From positions 14,350 through 78,349 of the forward strand of contig CAZUFC010000024.1 in assembly GCA_964619725.1 (NCBI GenBank): a DNA stretch of 64,000 nucleotides, in the 5' to 3' direction. This stretch comes from an uncultured bacterium. Its GTDB lineage: Bacteria > CSSED10-310 > CAZUFC01. The notes beneath the pieces are model-generated. The model ran no database searches. It was not told the origin of the DNA and was given only the letters and a program-made list of their open reading frames with translations. Made by a program: the position numbers and the translations under genes. This document shows, piece by piece, positions 1-9,663 of this stretch (within the stretch, counting starts at the first letter, position 1; the number at the start of each line of letters is the position of its first letter).

Positions 1-282
1 GTGAAACACATGACGCAATTCCTTGTCGGCCATCGGCGGCACAGTCATAACTTCATGTTCAAGCTCATTGCCGGACAACAGAATCAACGCCGCAGTTCCT
101 GAACATCCGCAATCCTCAATAAAATCGACTATCCTGGCTTTAAAGGAAGGATCGTTCGATTCGCCCGTTTCCAGCTCCATGCTGCGATCGATCAATACGT
201 CTATCGCCCTGGAGCTCCTCTTTACGGAAAGCAGCCGAATGACATTATGCGAAATATGGAAAACCGAAAATGACTTTTTCAT
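1..282 (-). CDS. Partial (runs off window start) PilM/GspL-like pilus assembly protein
   Basis: Not in the ORF track. Manual translation from ATG at 282 stays open to base 1: MKKSFSVFHISHNVIRLLSVKR...AALILLSGNELEHEVMTVPPMADKELRHVF. This resembles the PilM N-terminus (..P.M..EL..) and it lies 30 bp downstream of a pseudopilin gene. Confidence 0.55.
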   Translation of the reverse strand, partial: MKKSFSVFHISHNVIRLLSVKRSSRAIDVLIDRSMELETGESNDPSFKARIVDFIEDCGCSGTAALILLSGNELEHEVMTVPPMADKELRHVFH

Positions 283-311
283 CTAACTCGTTAAGATTTT
301 CTTTTGCCCGG

Positions 312-1331
312 TTATTTCCAGATGTCGTCTCCGGACCAGGATGGCGGATAACTCTCATCTACGCCGTTCGGACCCCAACTGTATATATAGAACCTGTTTT
401 TGTAAACCTCATAATCGAACGGCGTCCCCCAGGAATCGCCGCTCAATATCAATTGATGATTGACGTAAGGTCCTTGCCAGCCGTCCAAACCCGGATCGTC
501 CACCAGCTCATCCAGATTCAGCGGTGTCTGCTTCGTGTCCTCTATGAAACTCTGTACAGCGCCGATCAGGTTCCGGCAACGCTCGCTCGTCGCCTTTACC
601 TCTTCAGTCAGTCTTGTCTTGTAACTCACATAAAAAACGTTCCCCCGGGAATCGATCAGCTCGCAACTGAAAGCATCATACTCCGGTTCATAACGATAAC
701 GGACGGCGCTTCCCCAGGCGTCGACAGCTATCTCTTCCTCGCTTACGCCGCTTATATAGGGCCCGTTCCACCATTCGTTCCCGTTCACGTTCTCCAGAAG
801 CATCGACAAGGCGTCCCTCGTTCCCCGGGAAGAGACAGGAAATGTATGCATATCCGAATAATAATTCATTAAAGCCCTGGACACTGCCTCCATCTTCTCA
901 CGGTTGGCGTTCTCCTTCCGGTAAGTTTTGGACGGCGGCGCCACTATCGTATAAACTATGTCCGTATCATAACTGCCCTGGTTGTCCGTTTCATCGCGTC
1001 CCCAACTGTAAAGAGTCAAAGTGTCCGAATCATAATCATAAGGATTGATCCAGGAATCCTCCTTGTAATCGTTCTCGTAAAATCCCCGGCTCATGTATGG
1101 AGGTTCGGATTCCACAAGAGCGTCAAGACTCTCCGGCCAATCCCCTTCTATTTCATAATAACTCTCTATCGCTGAAATTATGTTCTCCATCTCCTCCTTG
1201 GTCGCGTTTTCCTTCTGAGTCGACCGCAGCAGGTCGACCAACGGCAGCGAAAGCGTCGCCAGCAGAGCCATAATGCCCATAACCACTATAATCTCTATGA
1301 ACGTAAAGCCTCTTATTCTATATTCTCTCAT
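312..1331 (-). CDS. Type II secretion major pseudopilin-like protein with three tandem GspG head domains
   Basis: Class III prepilin motif RG|FTFIEIIVVMGIMALLA. Three units carry the GspG signatures (W.GPY, D.WG..Y.Y, YSWG.DG, DDI) fully or in part. Start taken at MREYRIRG (1331); 1361 is the alternative. Confidence 0.8.
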   Translation of the reverse strand: MREYRIRGFTFIEIIVVMGIMALLATLSLPLVDLLRSTQKENATKEEMENIISAIESYYEIEGDWPESLDALVESEPPYMSRGFYENDYKEDSWINPYDYDSDTLTLYSWGRDETDNQGSYDTDIVYTIVAPPSKTYRKENANREKMEAVSRALMNYYSDMHTFPVSSRGTRDALSMLLENVNGNEWWNGPYISGVSEEEIAVDAWGSAVRYRYEPEYDAFSCELIDSRGNVFYVSYKTRLTEEVKATSERCRNLIGAVQSFIEDTKQTPLNLDELVDDPGLDGWQGPYVNHQLILSGDSWGTPFDYEVYKNRFYIYSWGPNGVDESYPPSWSGDDIWK

Positions 1332-1390
1332 ATCTTTAACCTCCCTTACTTCTTGTATCATAATTACAGAAAAAAGAAAATCTCTAATCA

Positions 1391-1443
1391 GTGACCGTCC
1401 ACAAACTCGATTCTCGATTCAAAATTTAATGCTGGACAGTCAC
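1391..1443. repeat. 53-bp palindromic MITE/REP-like element (type B), inverted relative to the copies at 58349 and 63849
   Basis: GTGACCGTCCA...TGGACAGTCAC terminal inverted repeats, flanked by a CTAATCAG direct repeat (1384-1391, 1443-1450). Its reverse complement matches 58349-58401 and 63849-63901. Confidence 0.85.
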
Positions 1444-1571
1444 TAATCAGCGCTCTGTTTTCCTTATTTTTAGCCGGCATCCCCGTCGAATTTACTTTTG
1501 TTTTTTTACGCAATCCCGTATGATGCTCGATAAGGAGGATTTTTGACAACCAATCAACAGGAGAAGCGAAT

Positions 1572-2240
1572 ATGAAAAAATGGAGTATAATTTCAGGAGC
1601 AACGGCGATAATTCTGATTTTCGTTTCAGCGAACGCCGGAGCGATGGGTCTGGGTTTCGTGCTGCAGCATGAATCAGGTGAAATAGATATCGAGGAAGAC
1701 AGCTACGAATGGGTTGAATACTTTGATGAAAAATTTGATGCGAAAAGAAATCTGCTCGGTTTTACTCTTCAATCCTCCCCCATCGGAAGGGATATCTTCA
1801 ATTACAAATTTGATCTCGGATTGGAGAGCGTCGTTCTGGACCCCGGTTATCAGTCGTGGGATTATGAGGGTTACGGACTCTCCATGAAGCATGCATTCGG
1901 TTTCGGCGTCGCCCGCACGCCCGCTTTTAAATTCTGGATCGGCCCGGCCATGAGGCTATATTACGATTACCTGGAGAACGAGGATTACTACTGGTACGAT
2001 GAAGGCGATTATAAAATGTGGCTGTTCGGATGGGGCTTAGGGCCAGAGCTGGGGTTCAATGTGCGCGCCGGCGGTTTCATGGTTCTCTCTTTCTCCGGGG
2101 GATTCAGTTATAACTACATTGTCAGCGCCGGCGATTATGATGAATACGACGATTATTATGATTGGGAGGATGAAAGCTGGTGGGGCATCGAAACGATGGG
2201 TTATCTGGAGTTTTCCATGCTCTTTCTAACCGGTCCGTGA
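1572..2240 (+). CDS. Putative small outer-membrane beta-barrel protein
   Basis: Signal peptide (..SANAGA), alternating hydrophobic/aromatic beta-strands, Asp/Tyr-rich loops, C-terminal YLEFSMLF strand. RBS AGGAG upstream. Confidence 0.65.
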   Translation: MKKWSIISGATAIILIFVSANAGAMGLGFVLQHESGEIDIEEDSYEWVEYFDEKFDAKRNLLGFTLQSSPIGRDIFNYKFDLGLESVVLDPGYQSWDYEGYGLSMKHAFGFGVARTPAFKFWIGPAMRLYYDYLENEDYYWYDEGDYKMWLFGWGLGPELGFNVRAGGFMVLSFSGGFSYNYIVSAGDYDEYDDYYDWEDESWWGIETMGYLEFSMLFLTGP

Positions 2241-3617
2241 TCCTCCCGCGTGAAAAGTGCGAAATTTGAGCGTTCCCTGTAACGGTCTGTCGTTCAGGGT
2301 CAGCAGGCTGTCGGGATAAGCTGTGAAAGGATCGAACCACAAGGTGTTGGACGCGCCGGGAAGACCGTCGGGCGAGAATATCATCAGTTCGTAAATACGA
2401 TTCTTTGATTTTTCTATTTTCTGGAAATTGAAGGAGAAATAGGCGTTATCCCTGATCTGGTCTCCAGGAATCTCTATTTCGCGCACCGTTTTTTCACCAT
2501 CGCATGAGTTCAGCCGGAATTGCAGTTTCTGGCGGTTGGTTCTCATGTAGGTTGCCGTAAAGAGGTCTATGCGGCATAAACCGTCCAGGGGAGATTTGAA
2601 TTTCTGTTTGACGGCGACCTCACGCGTAATTTCTCCTGTAACATCGGCGCCTATGTCCTGGTTTATGCCCAATTTTAATCCCTGTCCTGCTGTTCCTTCA
2701 ATGATAAGCTGAAACATTTCCGCATCGCTTCGACGTCTCAGGCGTTGAACGGCAGCTCTTTTCTTCAGTATGCGCGGCAGGTGAAACATGTTGTACCGGA
2801 ATGCTTTTCTAACATGAGGCGCTGCATTGGTCCAGAATATTTTCAGCAGGCGTCGCCGGTTCTGTTTAAGGGTCGTGAGTTCGTAATTTTTCAGAACGGT
2901 CTGAAGCGCGTATCTCATTCCGAGAGAGTCGCGCCATTCCGAGTTTGTGTTGAAGTTTCCACGCCGATGGCGCACCAGCGATGACGGGATATGGAGAACT
3001 TTGTATCCCGCAATCCATGCCCTCAAACCCAGGTCTACGTCCTCGTTGTAAAACCAGTAATCCGCGTCCAATCCGCCTATTTTCCTGTAATGTTCAGAGC
3101 GCATTAAGAGCGATGCTCCGCACGCATAGGCGGAATGGAAAGGGGCGGAAGCTTCGGATTCCCGGAAGGGGCGGTCCGCATATCCGCCGGCCGCTGTCAA
3201 TGGATCGAACTGAGCGCCGTCGTTTTCGATCAGTGTGCCGTCCCAGGTGAGTATCCGGCTGCCGCAGACAGCCGCATCAGGATTCGATCCCGCTGCATGA
3301 AGCAGGTTCTCCAGCCAGCCGGGTTCCGTCTTCGTATCGTTGTTCAGCAATACGAAATATTGCGCTCCTTCGGATACAGCCTTCTCTATGCCGATGTTAT
3401 TACCGCGGGCGAATCCCAGATTCCTGCGGCTTTCAATAAGCATGATGCGGTCTTTCCAGCTTTTCAGATAATCAATGCTCCCGTCGACGGAAGCGTTGTC
3501 CACGACTAGAACGACGAAATCGGAAACATCCTGACGGAAAAGCGATTCAAGACAGTCAGGCAGACAATCCTCACCGTTGTAATTCAATATAATCACCCAT
3601 GTTCGTAACGATTTCAT
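2226..3617 (-). CDS. Glycosyltransferase family 2 with C-terminal beta-sandwich extension
   Basis: VIILNYNG, VVDNASVDGS, NLGFARGNN, LLNND, EDVDLGLR motifs. Real start is probably MKSLRTW (3617), because the longer ORF overlaps the tRNA. Confidence 0.9.
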   Translation of the reverse strand: MKSLRTWVIILNYNGEDCLPDCLESLFRQDVSDFVVLVVDNASVDGSIDYLKSWKDRIMLIESRRNLGFARGNNIGIEKAVSEGAQYFVLLNNDTKTEPGWLENLLHAAGSNPDAAVCGSRILTWDGTLIENDGAQFDPLTAAGGYADRPFRESEASAPFHSAYACGASLLMRSEHYRKIGGLDADYWFYNEDVDLGLRAWIAGYKVLHIPSSLVRHRRGNFNTNSEWRDSLGMRYALQTVLKNYELTTLKQNRRRLLKIFWTNAAPHVRKAFRYNMFHLPRILKKRAAVQRLRRRSDAEMFQLIIEGTAGQGLKLGINQDIGADVTGEITREVAVKQKFKSPLDGLCRIDLFTATYMRTNRQKLQFRLNSCDGEKTVREIEIPGDQIRDNAYFSFNFQKIEKSKNRIYELMIFSPDGLPGASNTLWFDPFTAYPDSLLTLNDRPLQGTLKFRTFHAGGSRTG

Positions 3618-3776
3618 AGTTAACGGCCGGATTGAAAAGACGCTTCCTTTCTCCCGCAAAGAAACGATATTCTTCATTTTTTGGTATGTCAATGCAGCAT
3701 TTCCTGCTTTACAACACTGCCGGAAAGGAAACGCCAAGCGGATTCCTGAAAAGTGCAATTTCACACGGATAGGGTA

Positions 3777-3805
3777 TTGACAAATGAATTCGACTGTTGG
3801 AGAAT
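3777..3805 (+). promoter_or_regulatory. Sigma70-type promoter of tRNA-Leu
   Basis: TTGACA-17 bp-GAGAAT with an extended TG, about 10 bp before the tRNA. Confidence 0.6.
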
Positions 3806-3814
3806 AGGATTCGG

Positions 3815-3899
3815 GCCGGAGTGGCGGAACTGGCAGACGCGCGGGACTCAAAATCCCGTGGTCCTTTGGGCTGTGTGGGTTCGATTCCCACCTCCGGCA
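3815..3899 (+). tRNA. tRNA-Leu(CAA)
   Basis: GCCGGAG/CTCCGGC acceptor stem, D-arm TGGCGGAACTGGCAGACGC, anticodon loop CT-CAA-AA, long variable arm, GGTTCGATTCC T-arm. CCA is not encoded. Confidence 0.97.
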
Positions 3900-4125
3900 T
3901 TTTTTTTTACTTAAAAAACTGCAGCCAAGAACAGGCCGCCCCTGTTCTCAATATGAAGCGAGTAATGACGATGAAGTTCTGCAAGATTGCGTGGGCGGTT
4001 CCGGTTATGAAATGCATCTTTTCAACCATCCGATTTTTGCCCCATCCATCCCTTCCCTATTTTCAACCAGACGGGATGAAATGCCTTCATGGAAGGGGAC
4101 TCCAGTAATTTTTAGCGCCGATTGA

Positions 4126-4629
4126 ATGAAGCGGTTAAAATATCTTGTTCTTTGGGTATCGGTCATTTATGCGGCGCCTTGCATTATCCGTGTAAAAGCG
4201 GCGGATGATGCCGTTCCTCTGACGTCTCAAACTAAATCCGTACTTTTCCCTGGTTGGGGACAAATTTCCGAAGGCCATACATTAAAGGGTTTGACATTCA
4301 TGACCTGTGAACTGGTTTCTATCGGACTGGCCATTCATTACGGCATGGAGGGCAGCGATTATTACGACCGTTACCGGAGAACGGACGATCCGAATGATGC
4401 TGAGCGTTTCCGGAACCTGACCGTTTTAAACGATAAAAGGAGGAACGCCGCCGTATTGTGCGGCATAGCCGTCTGGGGGCTGAATCTTCTGGACATCAAC
4501 CTCGGAAAGCCGAAACCGGCAAGCTTTTCCGTTCAATCAACGGGAAGAGCTTTTCGATTAGATTCTTTTTCGGCGCTGCCCCATCCTTCGGGTATATTTT
4601 TTTCTTTGTCCTTCAGTTTAGAGATTTAG
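4126..4629 (+). CDS. Exported/membrane hypothetical protein (DUF5683-like)
   Basis: Signal peptide, then S.LFPGWGQ...G...KG and a later W.LN.LD motif. Confidence 0.6.
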   Translation: MKRLKYLVLWVSVIYAAPCIIRVKAADDAVPLTSQTKSVLFPGWGQISEGHTLKGLTFMTCELVSIGLAIHYGMEGSDYYDRYRRTDDPNDAERFRNLTVLNDKRRNAAVLCGIAVWGLNLLDINLGKPKPASFSVQSTGRAFRLDSFSALPHPSGIFFSLSFSLEI

Positions 4630-4696
4630 GTTTATTTTATTCCTCTCTGATGATATAAGGGAATGACAAAATATTTTTCGACTTGCGAGGACGCTG

Positions 4697-6517
4697 ATGA
4701 AAAAACTGATAATCAGGGAGCCCAACGGAAACCGTCGTTCAGTAATATTTTCCGGTCCCAAGCTGACGATCGGCAGGGATGATACTAATGATGTGGTATT
4801 GCTCGATCCGCAGGTATCCCGGCGTCATGCTGCGGTTTATATGGAAAACGGCGGTTTTTCCATAATCGACCAGCGCAGTTCAAACGGAACGTTCGTGGAT
4901 AATGAGAAGATCGTCGGGAAGCGTTTTTTAAGAGGCGATGAAACCATAAAGGTGGCGGATTACGTCATCAGTCTGGCAGTGGAAGATGCGGATGACGATA
5001 CGAACGGTTTTCGAGGGTCCCGGGCAAAAGTTGAGTCTAAAGCTCAGGAGAATGCAATGAAGTCGCAGACGGTCCGGGTTCGAGCTGCTGAAGCGCCTAA
5101 ATCCGCTCGCGGGGCAAGCCGTCCGGTCAAGCGAAATGAGGTAATGCCTGAAAAGAGAGGGGGGGGCAGGGGAGTAAAAGAGAAGTCAGAAAAACTGGAC
5201 CTGAAGCGAGAAAACATTCTAATCGACATAAGGCGTGAGATACACGGGCGACTGCTTCAGTATATGGACCTCCGGAAGATGGATTTCAACAAGATGAAGG
5301 ACCAGCGGTTGAAGAAGGACGTCAAGTCGTTGATGGACGAGATAATCCTGGAGCTTGACAATGAGATACCATCCTGGGTGGACAGGGAGATTCTGAGCAA
5401 GAATGTACTTGATGAAGCGTTGGGATTGGGACCTTTGGAGGATTATCTGGCAGACGACACTGTGACGGAGATAATGGTGAACAACAAGGATAAAATATAC
5501 GTGGAGCGTCATGGAAGATTGGAAAAGGTGTCGCGGCGTTTTTCATCGGATGAAGCGGTGTTGTCGGTTATCGAACGGATTGTGGGTCCGATAGGGCGAC
5601 GTATCGACGAGAGTTCTCCATATGTCGACGCGCGATTGAAGGACGGTTCCAGGGTCAACGCCATCATACCGCCCCTGGCTTTGACCGGACCGACCCTGAC
5701 GATAAGAAAATTTTCCCGGGAACCTTTCAAGGTGAATGATTTAATATCGTTCGGTTCTTTGACGGGAGAGATGGCACAATTTCTGGAAGCATGCGTTCGG
5801 GCGCGGAAAAACGTAATCATTTCCGGCGGAACGGGATCGGGCAAGACGACGTTGCTGAATGTCGTTTCTTCTTACATTCCTGAGGGGGAGCGAATAGTAA
5901 CGATAGAGGATGCGGCGGAATTGAAACTGCCGCAGGAGCATGTGGTTTCCCTGGAGGCGCGGCCTCCGAACATAGAGGGAAAGGGGGCCATCGTCATTCG
6001 GGACCTGGTTAAGAATTCGTTGAGGATGCGACCGGACCGCATAGTGGTGGGAGAATGTCGAGGAGGCGAGGCGCTGGATATGCTTCAGGCGATGAATACG
6101 GGGCACGACGGGTCCATAAGCACCATTCACGCCAATTCGCCTATAGACTCTTTGAACCGCCTGGAAACGATGGTGTTGATGTCGGGTATGGAATTGCCCA
6201 GCCGGGCGATCCGCGAGCAGATATCTGCAGCGATCAACATTATCGTTCAGACTGCACGGTACTCAGACGGCACCCGTAAAATTTCCCATATATCCGAGAC
6301 GCTGGGTTTTGATGAACTGGGCCGCATCAAGGTCGTCGATCTTTTCCGTTTTTACCAGGAAGGTCTGGATGAAGAGGGCGGAGTTATTGGAACATATTCA
6401 GCCACAGGCATCGCCCCGACTTTCATTGACGAATTCCGGTCCAAGGGCATACCTTTCGATATGGAGATACTCAACAAAAAAACAGACAGAATCAAGGCGC
6501 AGGTCAACCGATCATGA
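4697..6517 (+). CDS. cpaF: Tad/Flp pilus ATPase CpaF/TadA with N-terminal FHA domain
   Basis: FHA (IGR..N..L....VSRRHA...SSNGT), then GLGPLE, EIMVN, DARL.DGSRVN, Walker A GGTGSGKTT, TIEDAAEL, LRMRPDRIVVGECRG, AMNTGHDG. Confidence 0.95.
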   Translation: MKKLIIREPNGNRRSVIFSGPKLTIGRDDTNDVVLLDPQVSRRHAAVYMENGGFSIIDQRSSNGTFVDNEKIVGKRFLRGDETIKVADYVISLAVEDADDDTNGFRGSRAKVESKAQENAMKSQTVRVRAAEAPKSARGASRPVKRNEVMPEKRGGGRGVKEKSEKLDLKRENILIDIRREIHGRLLQYMDLRKMDFNKMKDQRLKKDVKSLMDEIILELDNEIPSWVDREILSKNVLDEALGLGPLEDYLADDTVTEIMVNNKDKIYVERHGRLEKVSRRFSSDEAVLSVIERIVGPIGRRIDESSPYVDARLKDGSRVNAIIPPLALTGPTLTIRKFSREPFKVNDLISFGSLTGEMAQFLEACVRARKNVIISGGTGSGKTTLLNVVSSYIPEGERIVTIEDAAELKLPQEHVVSLEARPPNIEGKGAIVIRDLVKNSLRMRPDRIVVGECRGGEALDMLQAMNTGHDGSISTIHANSPIDSLNRLETMVLMSGMELPSRAIREQISAAINIIVQTARYSDGTRKISHISETLGFDELGRIKVVDLFRFYQEGLDEEGGVIGTYSATGIAPTFIDEFRSKGIPFDMEILNKKTDRIKAQVNRS

Positions 6518-7371
6518 TTGAAAATATTCCTCTTGTCGTAAACGCCGTCGTTTTCGTTTCAGTCGTTCTGTTCATTACTGCAGGATGGAGCGTTTTTAGA
6601 AAAGGCTTCAAACGTTATGAAGAGAAATATCTCACCAGGACGGCTCAATCTCTGGATGAGATGTTTCTGGTATTCACTGCCGAACAGATTCTGTATTTGA
6701 ACCTGTTATCCGTTTTCGTTTTCGGGGCTCTGATTTTTTTCATATCTGGAAGCTGGCAGTGGATGATCTTCGGCGCCCTGTTCGGATGGCTCCTTCCCAA
6801 GATGATCCTCAGGATAATAAAAAAGAAACGTCTGAAGAATTTCGAAGAGCAGCTCCTGACGGCTTTATCGACTCTTTCCAGTTCTCTGCGGGCCGGATTC
6901 AGCCTGGTCCAGGCCCTGGAAATGATCAGCCGTGAAATGAACCCCCCTATATCGCAGGAATTCGGGCTTATGCTGAGAGAAAACAAGCTGGGCGTGCATT
7001 TGGATAAGGCACTGCAGAACATGACCGAGAGGGTCAAATCCTCCAATCTTGATCTTATGATCACATCGATCATTATCGCCAGATCATCGGGAGGCAATTT
7101 AGCTGAAATTTTCGAACGCATTTCCAATACCATTCGGGAAATCAACCGCCTGGAAGGAAAGATAAACGCTCTAACCGCTCAGGGACGTTTGCAGGGCATC
7201 ATAATAGGTTTGCTGCCCATCGTCCTGGGTTATATTATTTACCTTTTCGATCCTGAAATGATGATGCTTATGTTCAACGATCCCATAGGCTGGGGCATAT
7301 TAGGCATCATAGTCATTTTTGAGGCGCTGGGAGTCTATTTTATTTGGCGCATTATTTCTATAGATATTTAA
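6514..7371 (+). CDS. tadB: Tad inner-membrane platform protein TadB
   Basis: SSLRAGFSL.QAL, PISQEF, GGNLAE, ALTAQGR T2SSF motifs and TM helices; overlaps the cpaF stop. Confidence 0.93.
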   Translation: MIENIPLVVNAVVFVSVVLFITAGWSVFRKGFKRYEEKYLTRTAQSLDEMFLVFTAEQILYLNLLSVFVFGALIFFISGSWQWMIFGALFGWLLPKMILRIIKKKRLKNFEEQLLTALSTLSSSLRAGFSLVQALEMISREMNPPISQEFGLMLRENKLGVHLDKALQNMTERVKSSNLDLMITSIIIARSSGGNLAEIFERISNTIREINRLEGKINALTAQGRLQGIIIGLLPIVLGYIIYLFDPEMMMLMFNDPIGWGILGIIVIFEALGVYFIWRIISIDI

Positions 7372-7383
7372 GGAAGGACGACG

Positions 7384-8331
7384 ATGATTGATCTTCTGGT
7401 AGGCGATACGCGATCTTTACTTTTTTTGATAGCTATTTCTGCTTTCCTGTTCGGGAGTATTTTTCTGCTGGTGATATCATTCCGCCCGCGTCAACTGCTC
7501 CAGGAAATAGATTATGTTCCGGTAAGGTATCGGGGTCATCTCGGCCGTATCCGGGAAGATTTGAAGAAGAAGAATCCGTTATACCGGATTATGCTTCCTT
7601 TGATTTCTTTTCTCGGTTTTTTAATCGACAAGATACCCATGAAAAATTTAAAGAAAAAACTGGATAAAAAACTCATCATGGCCGGCAATCCCGGCGCTTT
7701 TTCTCCTTCTGAATATATGGCAGTCGTCATCATCGTGACCGTGGCTGTGCCGACAGCGGTTTATTTCATCATGCTTATGCTTTTCGGAAAGGCCCATCCC
7801 ATAGCCATTTTCGCAGCCTGCCTACTGGGATTCATGTACACCATTATGTGGTTGAGCGACGCGGTTACGAAACGTTCCCGTTCCATCAACAGGTCCCTGC
7901 CGTATACTCTCGATCTGCTCACCCTCTCTATCGAAGCCGGACTTGATTTCATCGCAGCGGTGGAGAGGATCGTTACCAAAAAGAAAGAAAGGGGACCTTT
8001 GACGGAAGAACTGTTTCAAATGCTGCAGGAATTGAAAATGGGCAAAACCAGAAGAGAAGCTTTACGCGACATGAGCGCCCGGGTTAACCTGGAGAACCTT
8101 AATTCCGTGGTCAGCGCTCTGATACAGGCCGATCAGTTGGGATCGAGTCTAGGACCTGTATTGAGGATTCAATCGGAAATGCTTCGGTTGCGTCGTTCGC
8201 AGAGAGCGGAAAAACTTGCCATGGAAGCGCCCGTAAAAATGACTTTCCCATTGCTCCTGATATTCACCAGCGTTTTTCTTTTATTATTCGGGCCGATTAT
8301 CATAAAATTCATCAGAGGAGGAATTTTCTAA
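7384..8331 (+). CDS. tadC: Tad inner-membrane platform protein TadC
   Basis: LPYTLDLL.LSIEAGL, G..RREAL, QADQLG, AEKLA..APVKM.FPL. Confidence 0.93.
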   Translation: MIDLLVGDTRSLLFLIAISAFLFGSIFLLVISFRPRQLLQEIDYVPVRYRGHLGRIREDLKKKNPLYRIMLPLISFLGFLIDKIPMKNLKKKLDKKLIMAGNPGAFSPSEYMAVVIIVTVAVPTAVYFIMLMLFGKAHPIAIFAACLLGFMYTIMWLSDAVTKRSRSINRSLPYTLDLLTLSIEAGLDFIAAVERIVTKKKERGPLTEELFQMLQELKMGKTRREALRDMSARVNLENLNSVVSALIQADQLGSSLGPVLRIQSEMLRLRRSQRAEKLAMEAPVKMTFPLLLIFTSVFLLLFGPIIIKFIRGGIF

Positions 8332-8336
8332 CGGAA

Positions 8337-9587
8337 ATGAGAGCTAAACTGATCATTATTGAAGGAGCCAATCCGGGCGCTGATTTCACGCTTAATTATC
8401 CTCAAATTCGTATCGGCCGTTCCGTCGATTCTGAGATAATATTGAACGACAAGACCGTTTCCAGGGTTCATGCCGTCATCAGTCAGAGTGAGAACGGGTG
8501 GGAAATCAGAGACAACGACAGTCAAAACGGCACTTTCGTAGGCGATGAGAGAATCGAAGAGGCGCCGTTGGATGACGGAGACGAAATAAAGATCGGCGCC
8601 ACAGTTTTTCAATTCCAGTTGATAAAAGAGAAGGGGGCTCGGAACTTATTCGGAGGCAAGGGCAAATCGGGCGATTTAGGCGAGAAATGGGGTAATGCGG
8701 ACCAGAAGAGGAAGGGGCTGTTGCCTTCCCGACCGGTATTAATCACTTTTTTTCTTATATGTATTGTTCTGGCGCCTTTATTTATATGGAAAGAATTCAT
8801 TGTGAAGCCGGAGGTTGATGCCAAGCCGCTGTTGTTGCCGTATCAGTTTTCGGTAGGATATATGCCGAAGGGGGACCAGGGTCACAGGAATCATGCGGAG
8901 TTGATTTTCAGCGCGGAAACGGAGGACCTGGAATTGTGGTTCAAGGTATGGGATGTGGACGATGAGGATGAGTTGGATATTCTTCTTAACGGTGAGAAGA
9001 TAGCGGATGTGGAGACGACGGGTAGCGGCAACTGGAGCGGCGAGCGTCATATCCGTCTGCCTTCGGGATTAATCAACGTGGGAAGGGACAACTCGGTCGT
9101 TTTCGATAATTATTACAATCCGCCGAAGAGTCAATTCTGGGGAGTAAGCGATATACGTGTGGTGCCGGTTACTGCTTTCGAATGCAATACGGAAGCGGCG
9201 CAGGATGCTTATGAAGTGGGAAAAGCGCTTTTCGATTCATATAAAATACGACCGCGGAACCTGTTCGATTCGATGAAAAAACTCGAGGCTTCGCTGAACT
9301 ATATGAAAAACTGTGGGGATAAACCTCCGTTTTACATTGAAGTTCAGGAGCTTCATCAGGAAGTAAAAAGCAAGTTGGATACGGAGATTAAGAATCTGTT
9401 TTTTACGGCGGCCAAGAATCGGCATTTGAAAAGATTCGATGAAGCGGAGACCGCTCTTTTGAAGATCATGGCGATGATTCCTTCGCCCAATTCGGAGGAG
9501 TACGTGCGCGCCAACCGGGAACTGATAAGGTTGAGGGGGACTATGCGCAAGTCAAGAAAGAAGGGCGGGAGTTCCGTATTGCCGTAA
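8337..9587 (+). CDS. FHA-domain single-pass membrane protein with periplasmic beta-sandwich and helical domains
   Basis: Canonical FHA (IGRS...VSRVHA...SQNGTFV), TM segment VLITFFLICIVLAPLFIW, C-terminal TPR-like helices. Confidence 0.85.
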   Translation: MRAKLIIIEGANPGADFTLNYPQIRIGRSVDSEIILNDKTVSRVHAVISQSENGWEIRDNDSQNGTFVGDERIEEAPLDDGDEIKIGATVFQFQLIKEKGARNLFGGKGKSGDLGEKWGNADQKRKGLLPSRPVLITFFLICIVLAPLFIWKEFIVKPEVDAKPLLLPYQFSVGYMPKGDQGHRNHAELIFSAETEDLELWFKVWDVDDEDELDILLNGEKIADVETTGSGNWSGERHIRLPSGLINVGRDNSVVFDNYYNPPKSQFWGVSDIRVVPVTAFECNTEAAQDAYEVGKALFDSYKIRPRNLFDSMKKLEASLNYMKNCGDKPPFYIEVQELHQEVKSKLDTEIKNLFFTAAKNRHLKRFDEAETALLKIMAMIPSPNSEEYVRANRELIRLRGTMRKSRKKGGSSVLP

Positions 9588-9663
9588 GTGGTCCGGAGGA
9601 ATCAGGCCGGGAACGGTTTGAAGTTTTGAACAGACATTAAAAAAGGAGACAGGCGAAAGATCA

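Noticed and set aside
270-872. 200-aa plus-strand ORF
   Set aside because: It is antisense to the well-supported pseudopilin gene.
3880-3899. tRNA-Leu 3' end as an integration site for the Tad operon
   Set aside because: I saw no duplicated tRNA 3' end and no integrase in the window.
3618-4108. ORF extensions and ORFs overlapping the tRNA (2226..3851 upstream part, 3709..3900, 3797..4108)
   Set aside because: They overlap a clear tRNA-Leu and its promoter; GT2 homology starts at 3617.
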